Numbered from the stretch's first letter, positions 10,440 to 20,544 are shown. The stretch: DNA of 64,000 nt from Chloroflexota bacterium (GCA_027623675.1 JAQBVF010000004.1:87490-151489), one strand, 5' to 3'. Numbers and translations are program-made. The notes: a model not told the origin generated them from the sequence alone.

Positions 10440-13400
10440 CTAGGGTTCCCGCGGCCCGGCCAGCACGAGGAGACCACCGTCGTCTTCCAACCGCCCTTCG
10501 GTTAGAAGGGCGCTCACCACTGCTTCGAAGCGCGATTTCATAGCTTCGGTGGTGCGGCTATAACCCAGCAGCTTGAACGCGGCCGCCGGCGCTTGTTCCC
10601 TGGCGATGCCGTAGGACCGGTCCACTACCAAGCGGACAGCCTCTCCCAATTCTTCGTCCGAGACTAGATCGAGCTTGCGCGCGGCCGGCGGAAGGCCCGA
10701 CCGGTCTCGCACCGGCGCACGCTCCATGCCCGTCCGCCAGAGAAAGCCGCCCCGGGATACGACGCGCCCGGAGCCGGCCAATTCCTGGACCGCCGCGCCG
10801 ATGGCGTCCTGCACCCGCTTGCCTGGCCGTTTCACCCTGGCTGCCGTCAAGATGCGCCGGGCGACCTCCTCGGAACGCACCGGGCTCTCGATCTCAACGA
10901 CCGCAGCCGCCCAGAGGGCCAGAGACACGGTGGACGCCTCGGCCAGGTCCACTCCTCCCGCCTGAATCTCTGGTTGGGCCATCCGATACTCGGTGACCTG
11001 ATTTGCCGCCTCATGGGCCGGTAGCGCATCGCGGACAACCGCCTCAACTGCCGGAGGCTCCGGTTCGGCCAACGGAGCGGCCGTTGGCGGCTCGTCGCCC
11101 ACTGCGTTTTGAACTTTGAGGGTGTCGGAGACCTGGTCAAGAATGCGCGCCAGTTCCTTGCTAGGGTCGCTGGCCCAGTCGGGACTCCAGGCCCGGTGCA
11201 GCCGCCAGCCCAAGCCTTCCAACACCTGGGGTCTCAGCCGGTCGCGGTCGCGGGCCGATCTGGCGCTGTCGTATGACGGGCCGTCGCATTCGATGCCCAG
11301 GACGTAGCGTTCCGGGTCACCGGGGTCCGCCACCGCCAGGTCGACCGTGCCCGTCCCCCAACCGGGGGACTCGGCCACCAGATATCCCTTCTCAGCTATC
11401 ACCGCCGCCAACGACCGCTGGAACGTGGTACGGGCCGCCGTCTCCGCCGCCTCGTGGGTCTCTAATATTCGCTTGCGGGCAAAGGCGAGGAAGGTGCGCA
11501 ACGACCGGACTCCCTGGGAATTCGTGCGTTCCAGGTTTATGTCGTCCTCGGTCATATTGGTGAATACTTCGCAGCGGAGCCTGGCCCTCGTGATCAATAC
11601 GTTGAGCCGGCGCTCGCCACCTTCCCGGTTTAAGGGTCCGAAATTGAGGTCCACCTGTCCGTTTTCCGCCCTGCCGTAGCCGATACTCACGAACATGACG
11701 TCCCGTTCGTCACCCTGGACCGTTTCCAGGTTCTTCACGAAAAACGGCTCGTCCGGGTGGGCCGCAAAAAACTTTTCCCCCGATGGGTCCGCCCTTCGCA
11801 GGGCCTCCAGCCGGTCCTGAATCTCCCTGGTCTGGGCCATGCTGAACGCGGCAACTCCCAATGAAAGTTGGGGCTTGGTCCTGGCATGGCCCATAACCGC
11901 CTGGGCCACCGCATCGGCTTCCAGGGGGTTGGTCCCGGTGGTGCCCCGGCCATAGACCGCGTCAGGCAGATGACGGTAGACCAGCCCGGTATCCACCCTC
12001 CCGGCGTCGGGACTGGGGAAAAGCACTAGACCGCCGCCATAGAATTCATGGTTGGATACGGCGATCAAAGAGTCATGGCGGCTGCGGTAATGCCAGCGCA
12101 ACATCCGGCTGGGTGCGTTCTGAGCGGCGAACAGACCGAGGATGCTCTCGATGTCGCTGGTGGCTTCGTTCTCGCTATACTCTTCCATCTGCCCCACAGT
12201 TTCAAAGAAAGGGGTGGGCGGCAGCTGCTGGCTGTCGCCCACCACAACAACCTGGCCGCCGCGCATCACCGCGCCCAGGGCATCCACTGGCTTCACCTGG
12301 CTGGCCTCGTCGAACACCACCAGGTCAAACTTGATGCTGCCCGGACTCAGATAGGCCGCGATCGACAGTGGACTCATCATGAAAACGGGCTTGATCGCCT
12401 GTATCGGGTTGCCTGCCCGTTCCAGCAGGCGCCTGATGGGAAGATGCCGGCGGCGCATCTCGAACTGCCGGCGCAATGCCGCCAGTTGACCGCCGCCCTG
12501 GTTCCGGGGCATCCGCTCCCAGTGGGCTTGGGCCAGCCGTACGCGGTTGTGGGACAATATCCGCCGGTCCAGTTCCTGGAAGCTATGCCTGATCTGTTCG
12601 TGGGCTGCGCTGTCGAACGATCTGAGTGCCGGGCGCTCCTTCAGCGCACGCTCCCATATCCCTTCGTACCAAGCGCGGTCGTAGGCATCGGGAAGGGCGC
12701 TCTCCCCGCCGGTCCAGTTGTATGCCGCCGGCAATATCCCCTGGAGATTTTCAGCTTGGCAGGCCGCGGCCTCGATGTTCAAGCGGACCATGTCGTGGAC
12801 GCTTTCCACGTGCTCCCGGCAACCGGCGGCCAACTGCCGCTGGAGCTCCAGCGGCTGCTCCGCCAGGGTTCCTGGCCGTTCAAAGCGGCGAGAACTGTCC
12901 AGTTCCAAGCCTTGCGCCACGCCGTCGGCGGCGGTTTCAAGTTCAACCGCAGCTTGGTCGACGCGACCGGCTATCGCCGAGAGTTGGCCTGACACCGGGC
13001 CCAGAGATAGGTAGTCCAGGAGGTAGCGGGGCATCTGGCCGCCGACGATGTCGTCATAGAGCGCCAGCAGCCACTGGGTCACCAAGGTCAACTTCGGCCA
13101 GTCCGAATCCTGCCCCTGCCAGTGGTCACCAAACAGCCCGGCTCCCAGGGTCTCAAGTCGTTTGAATACCGAGTTATTTCTCTGGTGGGACTGCACGGCA
13201 GTTACCATGGCCAGCAATTCTTTAGCGCCGCCGCCTCCGCCGCTGGTCCTCAAGCCGGCCAGCCGGTTCTTGGTTCGGCGGTAGTCGGATATCAGCAGCC
13301 GCCACGGCTTGACGCCCTGGGTCTCCAGGACCAGCCGTTCTCCATCCAGGTCTTGTTCCCAGGCGTGGGGTTTCAGGTCCGGCCCGTACTCAGCGTGCAG

Positions 13401-15935
13401 TTTGGACATGGTGGAGCCCGAGTCCACCAACCTTCGCACGTCATCTCCCTGCTGCGACCAGAGCAGGTTCTTGATGTCCAGGCCGTCCAGTCCGGGCGCT
13501 TCCGCTGCTCTCCTTGCGGCGGAGGTCAGGCGGCCAACTTCCGCCAGGTCAACCGGGACAGGCAGCCACATCGTCGCCGCGAGGGTGCTGGCCAGGTCTT
13601 CCAGGCGATCCAGAGCGGTCCAGTAGTCTTCCAGCTTGGCCCGAAGACGGTCTTGTGCAGCGGGCAGCGATTCCAAGAGCTCCGAGCTCCAGAAAGGGTG
13701 TTTCCGCGGCGGCCCCATGGCCGAAACCCTGGCCTGCAGTTCCTCCACCAGACCCCGTCTGCGGCGGTACTCGGCCTGGGACCACTCACCGATGGAAGTG
13801 ATCGTGACCCGCTGTGGACCGTCTCCGGCCCCGGGGTTGGATAAGGACAGCGATTCCCCGGCGGCTTGGAACGGGGTTACTCCGGATTCCCCTAGCGGGC
13901 GGTTGATGGCGTCGCAGTAGCCGTTCAGACGCTCCCGCAGGCGGGCCAACTCGGTCACGTCTTCTGCCACCGCGCTGGCGCGAGGACGCCCCAACTCCAG
14001 GGTCCGCTCCAATTCGTCCAGGGCCACTTTCTTGGCCGTTTTGTGACTGTGCAACTCCAAGCACGCGTCGCCCAATCCAACGTTGTCCAAGCGCCGCTTC
14101 ACCACCTCAAGCGCCGCCATCTTTTCGGAGACGAACAGCACCGTCCGGCCGTTGCCCACCGCCTCGGCGATCATGTTGGTGATGGTCTGCGACTTTCCGG
14201 TTCCTGGCGGGCCTTGGACCACCAGGTTCAACCCTTGGTTCACATCCAGCAGGGTCAGGCTCTGAGATCCGTCGGCGTCGACTACGTGGTAGCTGTCGGC
14301 TGCCTGTGTGACCGAGTCCAGGTGCTCGTCGCCGCTGATCAGTGGCGGCGGCTCGTCGAACCCGTCCTGCAACAACGCTCCAATGATGGGATGCTCGGCG
14401 GGGGAGACATCGACGGGCCACGTCGCCACGTCTAGGTCGCGGTACATGAGGAACTTGCTGAACGAGAAGAAGCCGAGGGCAGCCTGTCTGCGGTCCACCG
14501 TCCAGCCTTCAAGGCCGGCGACGGCTTCGGCCACGGAGTCGAAATAGGCCTCGATGTCAAGAAGGTCAGCCTCCGGCAATTCGGGGAGGGCAACGCCGAA
14601 TTCAAGGCGCAGCTTTTCCCTGAGGGAAACGTTGGTTTCGGGGTCGTCGCCGGTGTGGCGCAGCCGGAACCGCCCCTTCACGTTGACCCGCTCCAAGGTG
14701 ACCGGCAACAGCACCAGCGGGGCAAGTCTGGTCTCCTGATTGGCGCCTTGGGGATCGGCGTCCCGCCATTCCAGCATCCCCAAAGCCATGAAGAGAGTGT
14801 TGACGCCCTGCTCCTGGATGAATGAGCTGGCCAGACGGTAGGTGGAGACCAGTCGCCGGTCCAGATCAGCGGCCGGATGGACGGTGGCAAAACGCAGGTC
14901 ACGCCTGGCGCTGTTGCCGCTGTCCCCGGCGTCATCGCCTTCCTCAGGCATGAATACCGCGGTCCGGTCTTGCTCGGCCAGAGCGGTGATGACCTCATGC
15001 GGGGTGTGCCCCTGCAGCGCGACTCCCCTGGATCTCAGGAGCCGGTAGTTAAGCAGCGGGTTGCGCATCCCCAGGTCCAACAGGTCCCGCCGTGCCGCCT
15101 CCAGCTTGGCGCGGACCAGATCCGAGTGGCTGCGCTGGGAGGTGGACAGGTCTTCCACCGCAGTGACCAGTGGGATCAGGTGCGCGGAGGGCTGGCCGGC
15201 CGACAGATGGTCCAGAAAACCGGAAGAGAGCGAGCCGTCGTTGATCTCGCCGATCACCTGCCGGACCCACACCGCCAGGTCGGCAAGCTCCGGCCAGGCG
15301 TCGGGGTTGGCCGCGCGGTCTGCTCCGAAAAGCGAAACTCCCAGGGGCCGATGGCGGGCGATGACCCGGCCTTGCTCCTGGGAATCGATGATGGCGTTTA
15401 TCAGTGCGAGTTGGCCTGCCGATTCGGAAGGCGGCGATGAGACGCAAATCTGGGAGAGGACGCTGCGGGCCTGGCGGTATCTGCCGGAGAGGAGCCTAGC
15501 GCGGCTGGCGCCGGCCTCGGCCAAAGTCTGGCGCACCTGGCTCAGGTCCTGTTCCCAGGCCTCGGGCTCCAGCTTCGGTCCCAACTCCGCCCGGATGCCG
15601 GCCAGCGCCGTGCCGGCGGCAAGCAGTTCATCCAGTTCAGTTTGGTGGGTGTTCCATTCGGGGGCTTTGAGGTCTACTCCGGTCAGGACGGGGGCGTCGA
15701 TGGCCCGGTGCGCGGTCCGGATAAGCGCGTCCCGCTGCGCCTGTCCCCTCGGTGCCGGGAGGCCTAGGGCCTGGGCAAGCTGGCTGGCAGCGTCCTCCAA
15801 CTCCCGGAGGGCCCTCTGTCCAGAACCGTGTTCAGTCTCCGGCTGGGGGCCGTGCTGGGAGCCTGGTTCCCCGCCCGGACTTCCGGCCTGTTGCCCCATT
15901 TCTGGGACCGGCTCTTGACCGCCGTTTGTCGACAT
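10440..15935 (-). CDS. DUF4011 + SF1 (DNA2/NAM7-like) helicase + Vsr/MTES_1575-like nuclease + DUF3320 protein (Hhe-like)
   Basis: LLDLGMRNPLLN (DUF4011), QGPPGTGKSQTI, DEASQ, WHYRS, VQGDERD, RLNVLITRAR, IECDG...ARDRDRLR...GW. Confidence 0.88.
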   Translation of the reverse strand: MSTNGGQEPVPEMGQQAGSPGGEPGSQHGPQPETEHGSGQRALRELEDAASQLAQALGLPAPRGQAQRDALIRTAHRAIDAPVLTGVDLKAPEWNTHQTELDELLAAGTALAGIRAELGPKLEPEAWEQDLSQVRQTLAEAGASRARLLSGRYRQARSVLSQICVSSPPSESAGQLALINAIIDSQEQGRVIARHRPLGVSLFGADRAANPDAWPELADLAVWVRQVIGEINDGSLSSGFLDHLSAGQPSAHLIPLVTAVEDLSTSQRSHSDLVRAKLEAARRDLLDLGMRNPLLNYRLLRSRGVALQGHTPHEVITALAEQDRTAVFMPEEGDDAGDSGNSARRDLRFATVHPAADLDRRLVSTYRLASSFIQEQGVNTLFMALGMLEWRDADPQGANQETRLAPLVLLPVTLERVNVKGRFRLRHTGDDPETNVSLREKLRLEFGVALPELPEADLLDIEAYFDSVAEAVAGLEGWTVDRRQAALGFFSFSKFLMYRDLDVATWPVDVSPAEHPIIGALLQDGFDEPPPLISGDEHLDSVTQAADSYHVVDADGSQSLTLLDVNQGLNLVVQGPPGTGKSQTITNMIAEAVGNGRTVLFVSEKMAALEVVKRRLDNVGLGDACLELHSHKTAKKVALDELERTLELGRPRASAVAEDVTELARLRERLNGYCDAINRPLGESGVTPFQAAGESLSLSNPGAGDGPQRVTITSIGEWSQAEYRRRRGLVEELQARVSAMGPPRKHPFWSSELLESLPAAQDRLRAKLEDYWTALDRLEDLASTLAATMWLPVPVDLAEVGRLTSAARRAAEAPGLDGLDIKNLLWSQQGDDVRRLVDSGSTMSKLHAEYGPDLKPHAWEQDLDGERLVLETQGVKPWRLLISDYRRTKNRLAGLRTSGGGGGAKELLAMVTAVQSHQRNNSVFKRLETLGAGLFGDHWQGQDSDWPKLTLVTQWLLALYDDIVGGQMPRYLLDYLSLGPVSGQLSAIAGRVDQAAVELETAADGVAQGLELDSSRRFERPGTLAEQPLELQRQLAAGCREHVESVHDMVRLNIEAAACQAENLQGILPAAYNWTGGESALPDAYDRAWYEGIWERALKERPALRSFDSAAHEQIRHSFQELDRRILSHNRVRLAQAHWERMPRNQGGGQLAALRRQFEMRRRHLPIRRLLERAGNPIQAIKPVFMMSPLSIAAYLSPGSIKFDLVVFDEASQVKPVDALGAVMRGGQVVVVGDSQQLPPTPFFETVGQMEEYSENEATSDIESILGLFAAQNAPSRMLRWHYRSRHDSLIAVSNHEFYGGGLVLFPSPDAGRVDTGLVYRHLPDAVYGRGTTGTNPLEADAVAQAVMGHARTKPQLSLGVAAFSMAQTREIQDRLEALRRADPSGEKFFAAHPDEPFFVKNLETVQGDERDVMFVSIGYGRAENGQVDLNFGPLNREGGERRLNVLITRARLRCEVFTNMTEDDINLERTNSQGVRSLRTFLAFARKRILETHEAAETAARTTFQRSLAAVIAEKGYLVAESPGWGTGTVDLAVADPGDPERYVLGIECDGPSYDSARSARDRDRLRPQVLEGLGWRLHRAWSPDWASDPSKELARILDQVSDTLKVQNAVGDEPPTAAPLAEPEPPAVEAVVRDALPAHEAANQVTEYRMAQPEIQAGGVDLAEASTVSLALWAAAVVEIESPVRSEEVARRILTAARVKRPGKRVQDAIGAAVQELAGSGRVVSRGGFLWRTGMERAPVRDRSGLPPAARKLDLVSDEELGEAVRLVVDRSYGIAREQAPAAAFKLLGYSRTTEAMKSRFEAVVSALLTEGRLEDDGGLLVLAGPREP

Positions 15936-16142
15936 AACTCCACGTTAGCACACCTCCGATTTTACGGGCCAGTCAAATCTTTCATCTTCTTTAGCGGATG
16001 AATGGTCCTCGAATCAAATGGCGACCTAATCACCATTTAATCAGCATGATATACTCGCGAAAATTACGAATGAGTTACGGGTGTATGGTGGACCTCCAGC
16101 CGTGAGGAAGTTTCGCCAACACCCAGCATAGACAGGAGATAG

Positions 16143-16478
16143 ATGGACGCATTCGACATGCCCGAGATCGAGGAAGCCCACCGGCAAAATGGTGAGCTGT
16201 ATCACGAGTTCCTGCGGGCCAGCCGTCTGAGCGTGGGTCTATACGTCTTGCCGGCGGGCGCCGTCGATCCCCAGGCTCCCCATACCGAAGACGAGGTCTA
16301 TCACATCGCGTCCGGCTCGGGCATGATTGAGGTGGCCGGGGAACACCGGCCGGTGGGCGCGGGCTCAGTGATCTATGTGGACGCCCACGTTGATCACCGC
16401 TTCCACTCCATAACCGAGGAACTGAAAGTGGTGGTCGTCTTCGCGCCACCCCGCCGTTCCCTGGCCGGCCAGAGCTAG
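16143..16478 (+). CDS. Cupin domain protein
   Basis: PHTEDEVY...H.FH cupin metal motif; GGAG RBS. Confidence 0.85.
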   Translation: MDAFDMPEIEEAHRQNGELYHEFLRASRLSVGLYVLPAGAVDPQAPHTEDEVYHIASGSGMIEVAGEHRPVGAGSVIYVDAHVDHRFHSITEELKVVVVFAPPRRSLAGQS

Positions 16479-16488
16479 GAGCGCATCC

Positions 16489-17610
16489 ATGTCTGAAGTA
16501 GAGATCATGGGCATGATTGGCGTGAACCGGGAGCGTGACGCGTCCCGAGGCGTGACGGTCAGCCTCTTCGGCGGCGGCATCAATCCTGCCGACGAGATTC
16601 CCGCCGGCATCGACCCAGGATACATCGTCGAGTTCTCCCAAGCCCACGAGGCCAGCGGCTTCGACAAGGTGCTGATCGGTTATTCCTCAGCCACTGCGGA
16701 AGGATTCGGCGTGGCCGGCTACGCTGCATCCCACACCAAGACCCTTGGATACCTCATTGCTCACCGTCCTGGGTTCGTCGCTCCCACGCTGGCCGCCCGG
16801 CAGGCTGCCACCTTGGACCAACTCACGGAAGGCCGCATCGCCCTCCACATCATCAGCGGCGGCAGCGACATCGAACAGCGCCGCGACGGCGATTGGGCCG
16901 ACCACGACGCCCGGTACCGCCGGTCGGACGAATTCATGGAGATCATGAAGCGGGTTTGGACCGAGACCGCGCCGTTCGACTACGACGGCGAGTTCTACCG
17001 CTTTGAGCAGAACCTGAGCGAGGTGCGGACCTTCCAACGGCCCCACGTGCCCCTCTATTTCGGCGGGGCATCGGAGGCGGCCAAGGAGGTCGGGGCTAAG
17101 CGCGCCGACGTCTATGCTCTGTGGGGCGAGCCCCTAGACTCCATCAAGGAGCAGATCGCTGACATCCGGCAGCGGGCCGCCAGATACAACCGGACCATCA
17201 AGTTCAGCGTGTCCGTCAGGCCAATCTTGGGCGACACCGAGGGCGAAGCCTGGGAAAGGGCCAGAGGGATACTTGAACGGGTGAGATCGACGGTGGGAGA
17301 GACCATCGGCCCGGCCAAGCCGGCCAGGCTGCAGTCGGAGGGTTCCCGCCGACTGCTGGACTTCGCCGCCAAGGGCGACATTCACGACAAACGCCTCTGG
17401 ATGCCCATCGCCGCGACCACCGGAGCCGCCGGCAACACCACCGCCTTGGTGGGCACCGCCGAGCAGGTGGCCGAGTCTCTTTTGGCTTACCATCAGGCTG
17501 GGGCGTCAGCGTTCATCATCCGGGGATTCGATCCCCTTCAGGACACCATCGATTGGGGCAAGGAACTGATTCCCATGGTCCGCGAGGGCGCAACCGCTCT
17601 GGCTATTTAA
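16489..17610 (+). CDS. LLM-class flavin-dependent monooxygenase (SsuD-like)
   Basis: AHRPG, ATLDQLTEGR, LYFGGAS, LVGTAEQVA motifs. Confidence 0.9.
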   Translation: MSEVEIMGMIGVNRERDASRGVTVSLFGGGINPADEIPAGIDPGYIVEFSQAHEASGFDKVLIGYSSATAEGFGVAGYAASHTKTLGYLIAHRPGFVAPTLAARQAATLDQLTEGRIALHIISGGSDIEQRRDGDWADHDARYRRSDEFMEIMKRVWTETAPFDYDGEFYRFEQNLSEVRTFQRPHVPLYFGGASEAAKEVGAKRADVYALWGEPLDSIKEQIADIRQRAARYNRTIKFSVSVRPILGDTEGEAWERARGILERVRSTVGETIGPAKPARLQSEGSRRLLDFAAKGDIHDKRLWMPIAATTGAAGNTTALVGTAEQVAESLLAYHQAGASAFIIRGFDPLQDTIDWGKELIPMVREGATALAI

Positions 17611-18523
17611 TTTCGAGGCCTTCCAGTTCCAACAACCTTTCTAAAAGGCTGAAGAACCGCGCCCGGTCCACCGTCATTGGCAGGGTGATCTCGCCCGGAC
17701 CGCCGGATTCGGCGGTGGCGCCCCACAGCTCGTTCTCATCCAGTCCCACATCCAGGTCCACCTTCACCACCGTGGCGATGGCGGGTTCCAGGGCGATGGC
17801 CAGTGCCAATGGGTCGTAGAACTCGAACCTCTCTCGGCTTGGCTCCAGCCGGAACCAGCCCTGTAGCATGTCGACGGCCAGGCGGCCCTGAGGATGTTTT
17901 GAGTCCAGCGCCATGGCCTGTTCCCGGGCGATCCACACCTGCCGGCAGGCGGCCAGGTCCACCAGGGTGATCGGCAGCCCGCTGGAAAGGACGATCTCGG
18001 CGGCCACCGGGTCGCTGTGGATGTTGAACTCCGCGGCCGGGGTGACGTTGCCGGGGCAGTTTACCGCGCCGCCCATGACCACGATGTTCTTGGCCTGCTC
18101 CAGCGCGATGGGCCGCTCCCAGAGCAACCGAGCGACGTTGGTCAATGGCCCCAAGGCGACAAGCACTGCCTCGCCAAGTTCGCGTGTCAGTTGGTCGTAC
18201 AGAAACTGGACCGCCCCTTCAGCCACCGTCACCGACTCTGGTTCCGGCAGACTGAGGGATAGGCCTTCTGGGCCGTGGAACTGGGGAGAGTAGGAGTATC
18301 GGTCGCGCAATGGCTGTGAGGCGCCCTTGGCTACTGGGATGTCGCTTCGGCCCGCGGCCTGGAGAATGGCCAAAGCGTTGCGGGTCGCCCGGGCCGCCGA
18401 GACGTTGCCGCCCACCGTGGTCAACCCCATCACTTGCACGTCCGGAGAGGCCAGCGCCATCAAGATGGCGATCGCGTCGTCCACGCCTGGATCGGTGTCT
18501 ATTATTAATCGAACGGGATCCAT
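17603..18523 (-). CDS. Nucleoside hydrolase (IU-NH family)
   Basis: DTDPGVDDA, LGPLTN, MGG, AEFN..DP motifs; ATG at 18523. Confidence 0.9.
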   Translation of the reverse strand: MDPVRLIIDTDPGVDDAIAILMALASPDVQVMGLTTVGGNVSAARATRNALAILQAAGRSDIPVAKGASQPLRDRYSYSPQFHGPEGLSLSLPEPESVTVAEGAVQFLYDQLTRELGEAVLVALGPLTNVARLLWERPIALEQAKNIVVMGGAVNCPGNVTPAAEFNIHSDPVAAEIVLSSGLPITLVDLAACRQVWIAREQAMALDSKHPQGRLAVDMLQGWFRLEPSRERFEFYDPLALAIALEPAIATVVKVDLDVGLDENELWGATAESGGPGEITLPMTVDRARFFSLLERLLELEGLEIK

Positions 18524-18566
18524 TATCTTCCAGTATTGCCCCGCCGGCCGAGTCCAGTAGGTCCGG

Positions 18567-19547
18567 CTAGAATGGCGAGGGATCTCTGTAGATGTAAGCC
18601 GAGTTGGCAAAGGCGGTCAACGACTCCAATGCCGTGTGCCAGAACCGGTACCCGGTGGCCTTGCGTAGTTTGCCGGTGCTCATCAAGATGGGCCAGCGCA
18701 CCAGGTCTATATCGCTGGCGGTGGTGCTGCGCTGCAAGCGGAGCTCCCAGCAGAGTTTGTTCAGCGGATAGGCCAAGAATGACGGCAGATTGATCATCTT
18801 GCTATCGATAATATCGGCCATCTCCCGGTAAAAGACAACGCCGTCCCCAGCCACGTTAAAGGTGCCGGGGATCTCCCGCTGGATTATGATCGACATGACC
18901 CTGGCCAGGTCGTCGTCATAGACGAATTGCATGGCCGGGTTGCCGTCCGAGACCCCCTTGAACCATTTCCTGAAGAATGACCGGGTCGCCACGTTGTCGG
19001 CGCTGGGGCCAATGACGGGGCAAGACCGGAGAACGGTGACTTTAACTTCTTCCTGGGCGCGGGAAAACTCCTCCAGAGCCAACTCACAGAAAGACTTGTT
19101 GTTGGCGTAGGAGTCTTCTGGTGATGGCCGCATCGGTTCGCCCTCGGAGATGGGAAGGGGATTATCGCCGTGGGCGCCGTAGACCAGGTGAGAACTGAGG
19201 TACACCAAATGGGTGACTCTGGCCCTGGCGCATGACGCCATCACCGAGCGCAAGGTGTTCAGGTTCTCATCCCTGATCTCGATGATTTCCCGGCGGGTGG
19301 CGCCCCGGCGGGGGTTGAACGCCAGGTGGACCAGAGTTGTCGCTTCCTGGTCGTTCAGATCGTCGTTGATGGGCTCAGACACGTTCTTGCGGTAGTTGGC
19401 GACGTTGTGTATCGGCAGTGGGGGCGCTTTCACGTCGAAGGCGACCAGTTTCCGCAGGCCGGGCTCCTGCTCCAGCCGCTCCAGAAGTTTGGCGCCGACG
19501 TAGCCGGAAGCCCCCGTAACCGCCACTACCTTGCCTTGTTGGGCCAT
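18567..19547 (-). CDS. NAD-dependent epimerase/dehydratase (extended SDR)
   Basis: TGASGYVG Rossmann motif; YANNK catalytic YxxxK. Confidence 0.85.
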   Translation of the reverse strand: MAQQGKVVAVTGASGYVGAKLLERLEQEPGLRKLVAFDVKAPPLPIHNVANYRKNVSEPINDDLNDQEATTLVHLAFNPRRGATRREIIEIRDENLNTLRSVMASCARARVTHLVYLSSHLVYGAHGDNPLPISEGEPMRPSPEDSYANNKSFCELALEEFSRAQEEVKVTVLRSCPVIGPSADNVATRSFFRKWFKGVSDGNPAMQFVYDDDLARVMSIIIQREIPGTFNVAGDGVVFYREMADIIDSKMINLPSFLAYPLNKLCWELRLQRSTTASDIDLVRWPILMSTGKLRKATGYRFWHTALESLTAFANSAYIYRDPSPF

Positions 19548-19617
19548 CCTATCCTGTCGTCCGGTTCCCTACTGTCCGGTTCATCGCTGGTTGGGTGAAG
19601 GCTCTTTCGATTAAAGA

Positions 19618-20544
19618 TTACCTGAGGGGTGAGGATAGCGACAACATGCTGCCCAACCAGGTCTGGGCCGTTATCCGGACCTTTTCGTCCTTGCTGAGTG
19701 AAACCCTAGAGCTCAAGACATCGTAATCGGACGCCTCGATACGGTCTAGGACCTTTGAATACAGGGCCCCCAGGACCGCCGGACAGGCCCGAGACCGCCG
19801 CGACAGGTAGGGCAGCAGCTTGAATCCCCGGTCGAAATACCCCCGGGCCCGCTTGGCCTGGAACTCCATCAGGTCCAAGAACTCCTGATTACGGACGCCA
19901 TTTCTCAGGTCTTCCTCCGAATAACCGAACCGGGCCATCTCGTCTTGGGGCAGATAAACGCGGTCCATATCCAGGTCTTCGCGAACATCCCTGATGATAT
20001 TGGTCAACTGCATCGCCAGCCCCAGGTCAACGGCATGCTCCTTGGCGTCGTCGTTCCGGTAGCCGAATATCTGCAGGCAGATCAGCCCGACCACCGACGC
20101 CACCCGGTAGCAATACTCCCTGAGTTCTTCGAAGTTCTGGAACCGGTCTTTGACCAGGTCGCTCTCCACCCCTTGGATCACCTCGCCGAAATAGTCCTGG
20201 GGAATGTCATATTGACGGGCAACGTCAGCCAGCGCGACGTAGACGGGACTGGCAGCCCGGCCGGAGTAGGTGTCGGCCAGGTCTGAGCGAAGCGCGGCCA
20301 GCGCCTGCATCTTGGCCGGTGTGGATGTCCCTTCGTCCACCGAGTCGTCGCAGTGGCGGCAGAAGGCGTAGGCAGCGTAGATGGCGCGGCGCTTGGCTGG
20401 CGGAAGGGTCAAGAAAGCGTAGTAGAAGTTCTTGGCTTCCCGGCGGGTGATGGTCCGGCAGGTCTCGTACGCCTGTTCTAGACCGATGCTTTGGAGAGAT
20501 GGAGGCGATTGCGTTGGTGGAGTTTGCGGCGGTGGGGTTTGCAT
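19618..20544 (-). CDS. hpnD: Squalene/phytoene synthase family protein (HpnD-like)
   Basis: NFYYAF..LP..KR.AIYA.YAFCRHCDD, YCYRVASVVG, LQ-type LAMQLTNIIRDV.ED, RVYLP; located in the hopanoid cluster. Confidence 0.8.
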   Translation of the reverse strand: MQTPPPQTPPTQSPPSLQSIGLEQAYETCRTITRREAKNFYYAFLTLPPAKRRAIYAAYAFCRHCDDSVDEGTSTPAKMQALAALRSDLADTYSGRAASPVYVALADVARQYDIPQDYFGEVIQGVESDLVKDRFQNFEELREYCYRVASVVGLICLQIFGYRNDDAKEHAVDLGLAMQLTNIIRDVREDLDMDRVYLPQDEMARFGYSEEDLRNGVRNQEFLDLMEFQAKRARGYFDRGFKLLPYLSRRSRACPAVLGALYSKVLDRIEASDYDVLSSRVSLSKDEKVRITAQTWLGSMLSLSSPLR

